Source: Pseudomonadota bacterium
Lineage (GTDB): Bacteria > Bdellovibrionota > FAC87 > UBA2466
NCBI GenBank assembly: GCA_043767805.1
Contig: JAYUGC010000043.1
Span: 1 to 38,614 of the forward strand
Length of the DNA: 38,614 bases
Direction: 5' to 3'
Shown here: piece after piece, positions 28,665 through 37,200 of the stretch
How positions within the stretch are numbered: position 1 is the first letter of the stretch
Layout of the letters: the number at the start of each line of letters is the position of its first letter
The notes under the pieces: generated by a model
What the model saw: only the letters and a program-made list of their open reading frames with translations
Databases searched by the model: none
What the model was told of the DNA's origin: nothing
Program-made: the position numbers and the translations under genes

Positions 28665-28726
28665 GCTACAGTTATTGTTCCTCGTCTTGGGAAGCTATGC
28701 AATCTACGGTTAAGGAAAGACAACCA

Positions 28727-29677
28727 ATGAGTTTCCCTCTGGCCGGCAAATGGTTGTCGATTTTGGCTCTTCCGCTCGTCGAAGTCGTTCTTTTCATGGT
28801 CTTCACCGGGGGCAGCCAGCCTCGCGGGTTTCGATGGACCTATCTCGATTTGCTTCTCCCGGTTCCTACCGCTTTTTTTGTTTTAATGTTTTTACTGGAA
28901 ACAGGAGCGCCGTGTCGCCTGAGTTTTCAAAAGGTCGCTTTGGGCGTGAATGTCGCGGCCCTGGCGTTGGCTTTTGGGGTTCATCCCTGGCCGCCGGTAG
29001 TGGCCGTCGCCGTACTTAGCGCCTTCTGTGTTTGGGTGGATCCACGCTATTTTTTAAAGAACCCCAATCGTGCCGCCATTCTTCCTTGCGTTCTGCTTGC
29101 CTTCTCCGTCGCACTCTATACGAACCTCCCCAAAAGCTGGTACGACGGCATCGGAACGTTAACCTCAAAGGTAACTGGTGGCTTGGTAGCTGCCTTCTTC
29201 GGCAACGAGATGCAGTCGAGCATGGCGGGTACGACCCACCTACGGCTGACTCTGGGAACTTTTGTCGCGCGGGTCAGCAAACCGTGTTTGGGATTCGATG
29301 GATTCTTCTATTTTACGGTGGTGTTTTTGCTTTTGTCGGCGCTTTACCGTAAGGGCCTTCGTCTGGTTCGTTGGACTGGCGGGTTTTTTCTTGGGCTTTC
29401 GATGATTTTCTTTTTGAACGTGTTGCGTGTGGTGCTGCTCATCAGCGTTGGCGCTTGGGCCCAAAATGCCTTAGGCGCAGAGGCGGGCGGCCAACTTCTC
29501 AATTCCATCGTTCATCCGCACTTGGGTTGGTTGCTTTATACGCCCGGTATCCTTCTCTACATGCCGTGGTGCCTGCGCATGGCCCACGCCAGAGATCGCT
29601 TCGGGGTTCTCTTTCAAGGCTTCCTTGCGGAGTTGGCATCTTGCTTCGCGGTGATTAACCGAAAAGGCCAACCATGA
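28727..29677 (+). CDS. Second, divergent exosortase/archaeosortase family protein
   Basis: Multi-TM; VSKPCLGFDG, LNVLRV, IVHPHLGW align with the first paralogue's triad; AAGGA RBS before MSFP (ORF extends to 28697). Confidence 0.85.
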   Translation: MSFPLAGKWLSILALPLVEVVLFMVFTGGSQPRGFRWTYLDLLLPVPTAFFVLMFLLETGAPCRLSFQKVALGVNVAALALAFGVHPWPPVVAVAVLSAFCVWVDPRYFLKNPNRAAILPCVLLAFSVALYTNLPKSWYDGIGTLTSKVTGGLVAAFFGNEMQSSMAGTTHLRLTLGTFVARVSKPCLGFDGFFYFTVVFLLLSALYRKGLRLVRWTGGFFLGLSMIFFLNVLRVVLLISVGAWAQNALGAEAGGQLLNSIVHPHLGWLLYTPGILLYMPWCLRMAHARDRFGVLFQGFLAELASCFAVINRKGQP

Positions 29678-30081
29678 TTGTCGCGAAGGGAAAGCGGGGA
29701 AGGTTCAATTCCGGGTGGCTTTGGTTAGCTATTTTGTGGCTTGGCTTCCTGCTGTCCACTTCGAGTCTAATGGCAGCCAATTGTGGTGAATTTTGCTCCG
29801 ACAACACGGATTGTACAGGCACCTGCGCCTACTGTGACGGAGGCGCGAACTGCGCCGACTGCTGCGATCTTCCCGACCAAGATTCCTGCGGTCTAAACCC
29901 GGGTTGTATCTGGTCGACGAGCGAATGCCGAAACGGCACTACTCCCTGCGGCGTAGTTAGAGAACTTCCCTGGCCCTTTAAGTACTATTTTTTTGGTGGA
30001 CTTTTCTTATTTTCCCTTGCCGGATCTCTCCTTCTGGTGCGCTCTCGTTCGTCGAACGCGGATCAATCCAATAAATCCTGA
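29674..30081 (+). CDS. Small Cys-rich exported protein with CTERM-like sorting tail (probable exosortase substrate)
   Basis: Signal peptide, 12 Cys in about 56 aa, then VRELP + hydrophobic helix + RSR; ATGA overlap with the exosortase gene. Confidence 0.85.
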   Translation: MIVAKGKRGRFNSGWLWLAILWLGFLLSTSSLMAANCGEFCSDNTDCTGTCAYCDGGANCADCCDLPDQDSCGLNPGCIWSTSECRNGTTPCGVVRELPWPFKYYFFGGLFLFSLAGSLLLVRSRSSNADQSNKS

Positions 30082-30276
30082 CGCTTGCGCTCTATAAACG
30101 GTTTCCTGTTTTGACAGAACGCACCTTTTGAAAAGCGCGTAGGGGGATAGAATTATGATATTCATTCGGTGCATTCGCTTTGATTCGTCCCATTGAATGC
30201 ATCGGATATCGAATACAAAACTTTTACGTGATCTACGTAGGACGAAATTCAAATAACACCAGGAGACGATCTAATC

Positions 30277-30984
30277 ATGAAGGCAAAAAATGGGTTGGCA
30301 GTTTTTGCGCTAGTAGCGATGGCGCTAGCGTTTGGCGGTAGCAGGGCGGCTTTTGCCGTCAATTGCGTGGATGTCGGCGTGGCGACCGTTCCATGTGATT
30401 TCACTCGCGCTACTTATACGGTACTAGCTTCGGCCGCGTGTCGCATGGCGGAGGATTTTGAATTCGTCGGGTCAGACGATGAGACGCGTGTTGGTAATGC
30501 TCGCAAAGACAGCTCTTGCCGAAGTAAAGCCGACGATTCCGATCACGTCGGTTGCTGGGCGGCCGTTCAGGGCACTCCCGCGACGACTACCGGCGGCGGT
30601 TGCGCTCATCATAATCTCAAGCGCTGCGCGATGGCGGCGTCGCATCATCGCAAATTGCCCAAATGGTGTATCAGCAATCCGCCTCCGACTCTTACGGGTG
30701 CTGATTTTTACATCTACTGCAGAGACGTCTACGACAATTGCTATGCGACCTACGCCAACGATGCGACGGCACTTGCCGCGTGTAACAACGATGCGAACAC
30801 GGGTTGGCCCGCGCTTCTGGCCGATTACGACACGGCTAACACTGTCGGATCGGCGAGCTGTACGGCGACCCGTTGCGGCGTAAACGATTGGTGCTGCGGC
30901 ATGAGCGCTACCACCGGTTACCCGTTGCCGAATGACGGCAATTGCACGGGTGGCTTAAGAAAAGCTCCGCTTCAAAAGAACTAG
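30277..30984 (+). CDS. Secreted Cys-rich protein (16 Cys)
   Basis: Signal peptide ending AFA, AGGAG RBS, downstream terminator; no C-terminal TM. Confidence 0.85.
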   Translation: MKAKNGLAVFALVAMALAFGGSRAAFAVNCVDVGVATVPCDFTRATYTVLASAACRMAEDFEFVGSDDETRVGNARKDSSCRSKADDSDHVGCWAAVQGTPATTTGGGCAHHNLKRCAMAASHHRKLPKWCISNPPPTLTGADFYIYCRDVYDNCYATYANDATALAACNNDANTGWPALLADYDTANTVGSASCTATRCGVNDWCCGMSATTGYPLPNDGNCTGGLRKAPLQKN

Positions 30985-31016
30985 ATAGCTGAGGCTTTGC
31001 CTCTTATAAGTCGCGT

Positions 31017-31063
31017 AAAGGGGCTGGGACCGAGAAATCGGGACCCGGCCCCTTTCGCTTTTG
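31017..31063 (+). terminator. Rho-independent terminator
   Basis: AAAGGGGCTGGG...CCGA-GAAA-TCGG...CCCGGCCCCTTT followed by a T-rich tract. Confidence 0.75.
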
Positions 31064-31088
31064 TATTCTTGGCGTACAGTAGTTGCCT

Positions 31089-32576
31089 ATGACAAGAGAG
31101 CGATCGACCGGGCCCTCCATACTAGCCCGCCCGGTTTTTCTAAAAGCAGTGCTTTGGGCGTTGATTCTTTGGTGGCCGGTCTCCGCTTTGACCGAGTCTT
31201 TATACCGGGATTCGGATATCTGGTTTCATCTCCGTACGGGACAATGGATAGCCGAGCACGGAACCGTTCCTCGAACGGATCCCTTCTCTTCCTACGGCGA
31301 AGGCAGGCCGCTTACGGCCTACAGCTGGCTCTATGAGCTCGGTCTCTATCAGCTTCAGCATTTCGTCGGATTGACCAGCGCGCTTCTCATGTATCGCTTC
31401 GCTCTAGTACTCGGCATATTGGCCGTTTGGTATCGAGCGGTCCTTCGCCGAGGCGTTCCGGTGGGAAGCGCATTTGCCCTGATGGGCACGGCATTGGTAA
31501 CGGTACTGCCGCTACTCTACGAGCGGCCTTGGCTGGTTTCCATTTTGTTTTTTGGCGTCATCTGGGAAATTGTGACTGCCTTTAAGGAGGGGGAAACCAA
31601 GGCGCTGTGGTTTTTGCCCGTCCTCTTTGCGCTTTGGGCGAATATTCACATTCAGTTCGTCTACGGGCTTGCTCTCTTGGGAGCCGCCCTTGTGTCCGTT
31701 CCCATCGACCATTTCTTTTACCCCGACGAAGGGCCTATTGATTGGCGCCGGGTTAAACAACTTACCTTGGTGTCTCTCGCTTGTATCGCCGCTACTGGAA
31801 TCAACCCCTACTTCTTTGGCCTTTATGAAACAGTCTGGGAGTACGGTCAGCAGAAGGCACTTATCGATCTCGGAGCCCTGACAGAGTTCACGGCCCCGCT
31901 TTTTCGCAGCCTTTCGGACTGGGCCTTGCTTGGCTTAGTTATCGCGACCGCCTTTGCGCTTGGCAGAGGTCGGCGCTTAAGCTCCTTTAAAACGCTATGC
32001 TTTGGCTTTACCTGTTTTCTTGCTTTTCGATCGGTCCGAGACGTGTGGACGGTAGTGGTCGTTGCCGTTTTGATTCTTGCCGAGTCGCTGGGCAAGTGGC
32101 GTCCCGCGCCTCGTCCTATCCTAATTCGGTGGGGATCTGAAATCGCCTGCGCAGGTTTAGCTCTAACCGCGGTTTTTCTCTATTGGGGGAATGAACGAGA
32201 GGTATTCACACGCGGGCTTACCGTCGCTGACACTTTTCCCGTCCGGGCCTTGGATTTTTTGGAAAAGCGAAACGACACGGGCATTATTTTTAATCCGTTT
32301 AGTTTTGGTGGATACGTTATGTGGCGTTTGCCGAAGATGAAAGTTTCCATAGACGGTCGAACCAATGTTCACGGCGTTGAAAGAACGCTTCGCTATAAGC
32401 AGCTCATGAGTACGGGCGTTGGCTGGGAGCACGAGCCGGATCTGAGCCGCGCGCACCTCGTGCTCTGGCCGAAACGGGCTCCGCTTTCCGCCCAGCTCGA
32501 GAGCAGCCAAGACTTCAAACGCATCTACGAGGACGGCAATTACGCTGTTTTTGAGCGAATCCCCGTCAGGTTCTAA
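31089..32576 (+). CDS. Polytopic membrane protein, GT-C-fold glycosyltransferase-like
   Basis: DSDIWFHLRTG.WI..G.VP..DPFS, YSWL, ERP, LWANIH, INPY, EF.AP; extracytoplasmic C-domain with GGY..W and IDGR. Confidence 0.72.
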   Translation: MTRERSTGPSILARPVFLKAVLWALILWWPVSALTESLYRDSDIWFHLRTGQWIAEHGTVPRTDPFSSYGEGRPLTAYSWLYELGLYQLQHFVGLTSALLMYRFALVLGILAVWYRAVLRRGVPVGSAFALMGTALVTVLPLLYERPWLVSILFFGVIWEIVTAFKEGETKALWFLPVLFALWANIHIQFVYGLALLGAALVSVPIDHFFYPDEGPIDWRRVKQLTLVSLACIAATGINPYFFGLYETVWEYGQQKALIDLGALTEFTAPLFRSLSDWALLGLVIATAFALGRGRRLSSFKTLCFGFTCFLAFRSVRDVWTVVVVAVLILAESLGKWRPAPRPILIRWGSEIACAGLALTAVFLYWGNEREVFTRGLTVADTFPVRALDFLEKRNDTGIIFNPFSFGGYVMWRLPKMKVSIDGRTNVHGVERTLRYKQLMSTGVGWEHEPDLSRAHLVLWPKRAPLSAQLESSQDFKRIYEDGNYAVFERIPVRF

Positions 32577-32671
32577 TACCTGGCCCCTTTGGCTGCGCCT
32601 TTTGGTCAGACCAGTCCGCCCTGAAAGGCGTCTTCCAAGGTGCGGAAAGATTTAGAGGCGAGAAATGCCGC

Positions 32672-33520
32672 TTAGCGTGGCAGGAGATAGCCATTATTGA
32701 AGGCGATGTAGAGGTCGAGATGAGCCTGCAGGCGAGAAGCTTTCTTGGTGGTGACCCAGACCTTTCGCATCATTCGAGATAAGTCGTGGCGGATTTTCGC
32801 AGACGTATGGTTGAGGGCAAATAGGGCATCGTCCACGTTTCTTCTGGAACCTTCCGGACGAAAACGCCTACCCATTCTGCTCGGGACTGCGCAATGAATT
32901 GTTTTGGGAAGACACCCGGCGACAAGACCCGGGTAAGCTGGATGGCCATCTGTAATGATTCGAACCGGCGAAAGGCGTGCAACCGACGAGAGAGCCCGAC
33001 TCCGTGTCTCTGGCCTCTCATCTTTTCGATATCCGTACTTTCTAAACGCAATGACGGCGAGCTTTCCTCGCGCAGGCATAGAGCCCACTTCGGCGGCGAG
33101 GATCTTCCCGTCAGAGCTTCCCACCGACAAGGCAATCGAGAGTGGCTTCAGACGCGTGTGCTCGAAGCTCTCCATCTCGTCAAATTGCGCGCATCCAACG
33201 CGGGTCTCCGCGAGCATCTGCTCGTGAGCCTCGCGGGAGAGCCGCGCTAAATAGAGAAACTTTCGAACAACCGTTTTGCGATTGATTCCTAGTACCCGCG
33301 CCAGTCGTCTTTGGGTCGTGCCAGAGGCGTAGAGCTTGAAAATCACGGCGTTCAGATCGGGCCTCTTCTGCCGGTAGCTGGCTCGCAACGTGTGACTCGA
33401 AAAATTGAGCTCGCAACCTTGGCAGCGATAGCGAGCCACTGGCTGCGCATTCCAACGAGTCTTAAAATAGCCCTTCTTCCAGACATCGCTGGTAAAGCAG
33501 TTGGGACAATGGGGACGCAC
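32672..33520 (-). mobile_element. IS1-like transposase (Zn ribbon + HTH + DDE-type core); element ends not identified
   Basis: CPNC...RYRCQGC, TQRRLARVLGINRKTV, QFDE, ITDG..AY, R..LSR..RK, C-terminal Y..FNN; probable GTG start at 33520 (ORF extends to 33556). Confidence 0.85.
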
Positions 33521-33942
33521 ACCGAGACAAATATTTGTTCCCGGGCCCCCCAGCAATGGCTAGAGGGGAGCGCGTTTTGAAGCACTTCCCTGCTTTCCCT
33601 CGGCCGTGCGAAGGCGCAGCCAAGGGGACCAGGTATCAGGTTCTAGAGTGCCGTACGATTGTGTGTGGGATTGTGATCGTTTCTTCTAAATCCCCTATCT
33701 GGCCCCCGCTCGCCTTTCGCGCTTTCTTGTCGAACTGATTAACAGGACTGTGAAGAGTTTCTCCTAAGTTATTGAAATCACTACACAACATATTGCCTAC
33801 CCCTTGAGCATTAGGCTGCGTCAGGCTACACTGTAACTGTAGGACGTGGTTCGCTCTCGTTACTTGGGTATAGCCCCACGCCGAAGCAAATCTCCTGAGT
33901 CACGCCCGAATCAATTTCTGGAAAACGCGAGGAAATGAACTT

Positions 33943-34173
33943 ATGGCAAGAGTGCTTATGCTCCTCGTTAGCTTGAGTTTGGTCGGTTGCAATATCAAGT
34001 CTCCTTCGGCGCCTGTCGCGGGAGATGGTTTACCGCCCGTGGTGGCTCCGGTGGTTTCCGAAAATGACGAAGTCCCGATAGTTCAGGTGGGCAATCGTTT
34101 TCAGCCTTTAGTGCCACAGGGCCAAGAGGTGCCGCGGCTGCCCCTTGTGGAATATAACGGAGTCGCGAACTGA
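33943..34173 (+). CDS. Small Pro/Val-rich lipoprotein
   Basis: Lipobox LVGC after a hydrophobic stretch; GAGGA RBS. Confidence 0.75.
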   Translation: MARVLMLLVSLSLVGCNIKSPSAPVAGDGLPPVVAPVVSENDEVPIVQVGNRFQPLVPQGQEVPRLPLVEYNGVAN

Positions 34174-34181
34174 TTTTATTT

Positions 34182-34241
34182 TCTCTTCGGTGAGTTTCGA
34201 TTCGCTGAGGAGACAGTGTTTTGAGCTTTTTTGTTTTTGTT
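34182..34241 (+). terminator. 13-bp hairpin with downstream T-rich tract between the lipoprotein and giant protein genes
   Basis: TCTCTTCGGTGAG / TTCGCTGAGGAGA pair (with GU), then TTTTGAGCTTTTTTGTTTTTGT. Confidence 0.45.
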
Positions 34242-34259
34242 GAACGTAGGTGGTGAAAA

Positions 34260-37200
34260 ATGCGAATTAAAGCAATTCATACCGCAGCTATACTTTTTCT
34301 TACCTTATTTAGTGGTTTCGCCCGCGGGGAGCAAACCTGCCTGATGGTGGCGCCGACGTACCAGCCGGGCACCTACGATAATTTTAATGCGCAGCTTACG
34401 ACGGGTAGCTACTCGTACGGCGAAGGTTCTGCCTATTACGGTTACTCAGGCATCAACCGCTATCGGTTGAATGCGGGAAGTGGCAGTTACAATTCCAGAG
34501 TCGGCGTGGACCGTTATGGGATTACGTTTGGCGCCTTTCAGATGTTTCAAGGTATCATCACGCCGAATTTCTTCACGGTCGTGTCTTCGAATAGTAATTT
34601 TTGTTCTAGCGCGGACAATAGTGCTCAAAGTTTCAACTGGATCTTGGTTCGCGCCCGGACTCCCGACGTTACGAGTACGAATGTCGGTCAGGGCCCGATG
34701 GACGCGACTGCCTCTACGTTTGAGGTAGGCGGAACTTTTACGTACAACCCAACCTCAAACGTGTCGTTTACGAGCACAGGGTATTTCGGTTTTGACGGCG
34801 TTGCGAATGCAGCCAGCTTTTCCCTTGATCGGTCTGTTACCGGTGGTTGCTTGAACGGCGTGATGAAAACCGTCGCCAACCCCGTTCCGACCCTGCCCAG
34901 TAACGGTATTTTGGATAAGAGCGGCAACGTCTACTTAGATAAAGAGCGGTTCGTCTACATAGGTACTGGTGGAAACCCCGTTGTGGCAGTCGGCGCTAAG
35001 GTAGAGGATTTAAACGCGTCGACCAAGTGGGCCGATCTTTCGAGAAACGGATTTTCCGGAATCTACACCGAGTTTTTGACGGGAAGCACGCAGACGAAGA
35101 TGAGCGTTCTCATCGTTCCTTCTACGGTGACTGCCGGAACGGCCAATCCGGTGATGCCTGGCGCGACCACGACAGTAGTAAACGGAACGGAATTTTACTT
35201 TTATGAAATGCCCGCTGCTTCTCACGTAAGCGCGTATTCGAACCCGAGTTTGGATATCTCGGCGGGGAGTTACCGGGGCAAGTTTACCTGTGCGACGGCG
35301 GCGCGCAACACTCCTAGTAACGGATTTTGTAAGGGCAAGCTCTATGCTTCGGACGGCGTAACGAACGCCGAGGCAACTTGTTTGTTTGGAACGGCCCCGT
35401 CTTACTTGATGAGCTGCATGATGCAAAAGCCGGGTACGCCTTCGAAAGCGGTCAGCATCTTGGCGACCGTTCCGACCCGATCAATTTTGGCGGTTAGTGT
35501 AAGTCCGATCACCTCGGAATTGGCATCCGCGGGCACTGCTTTACTTACTGCGACCGTCACCAATCTCACGGGTAAAGAGGCAACCGCCATGGGCGATCCG
35601 GCCCTTAGTGTCGACCGGCTGGCAGCTCCCTTTTCTTACGATGGACTCGGCGCTTACGCTACCAACGGCGGAACCTGCGGCACTACTTTAAGAGGTTTCA
35701 CCAACTGCACGGTGAAGCTTAAATACACTCCTACTCAGGACGGAGCCGTATTCCAGACTTATAAAATTGCCTACAACAACGGGTCAACAGTGGTCAATGC
35801 GACGGCGCCCCTCCGTGGGATGTGCGGTTTAAAGAGTTTAGCTATTTCCGGCGGCTACGGCTACATGGTTGGTTCATTGCCGACGCTCACCGCTCTGGCT
35901 CAGTTTAACGACGGCAACGTGCAAGATGTTTCCGCGGCTGTCAGCTGGGGTAATCTGGAATCTTTAGTAGCTGATACCGTAAACGGCAGCACCACTCTTA
36001 CGGTCGCCTCGTCTGCCGGCTTAATGGGCAAGGCCATCTCGGGTCCAGGCATTCCTTTGGGCGCGACGGTTACAGCGATTATCGACGCTACCCACGTGCA
36101 GATCTCCGCTGCGGCGACACTGACGGCGAGTGCGGCTCAGCTTTATTCCACCAACATGGAAATTTCCGCGTCCTCTCAAGCCACTTTTCTGAGCAGCGGG
36201 GATCAGACGGTCAAGGCTTGTTTGGGCGTATTCGATGCAAACGGCAGCTGCCCTGGCAGTTCCGGTTTGTTAGTGCAGAAAACGCTTACGATCAATCCCT
36301 ACGCGGGAAGCTTTGGTCAAGTCGTTCTCGGTCAGGCGAATGTATCCAACGTGCAGGATTTTACGGCGAGCGCGCCTAACAGTGTGAATGTGATTCCCCC
36401 TGGCGCTACTACCACCCCCTCGTCGGCTTCCCTTAAGACCCCTCGCCACATGTACTCAGACGGCAAGCGATTCATCGTGGCCGACAGCTTGAATCATCGG
36501 GCTCTTATCTGGGATACCGTACCTGTTTCGAGTTTTACCGCCACGCGGACCAGTGGAAGCGCCATTCTATCGGCGATTTCTCCGACGGACATGGCCCGTC
36601 TGAAAGCGGGGGTTGTCATTTCCGGTACAGGTGTTGTGGCCAATTCTACTATTCTCTCGGTTAATGCGGGCGCTTCGCAAGCCACGATGTCGAGTAATGC
36701 GACGGCCTCGGGGACGAGTGTTTTAGGCGTGTTTAGATACGCGGCGGACTCGGTGTTGGGTCAGACGACCATGAACTTGAACACCCAGCTTGGCTTCACG
36801 CCGACTCCGAATTCAAACGTTACTAATGCCACCGCCTCCACCCTGGGAACTCCGACCTCTGTGTGGATCGGCGGCAATCGGGCTGCGGTATACGACACGA
36901 ACTTTAATCGCGTTCTTCTTTGGGATTCGATAACCGACGCTATGACTCCTGGCACTGCCGCGGACATCGTACTCGGGCAGCCCGACTTCACCTGCGGTTC
37001 CATCAATACGGGCTCTTCGTGTAATACGCCGTCCCCCGCGGCAGCCGCCAATACCATCTATTCCTATCTTGCTTCTCGCTCTGGATTACTCGCCTACGAT
37101 GGCATGAGGCTCATCGTATCCGATCCGCAAAATAATCGAGTGCTTGTTTGGAACAAGTATCCGGTGAGTTCATTTACGGGAACCAGGGCAGGTACTGCGA

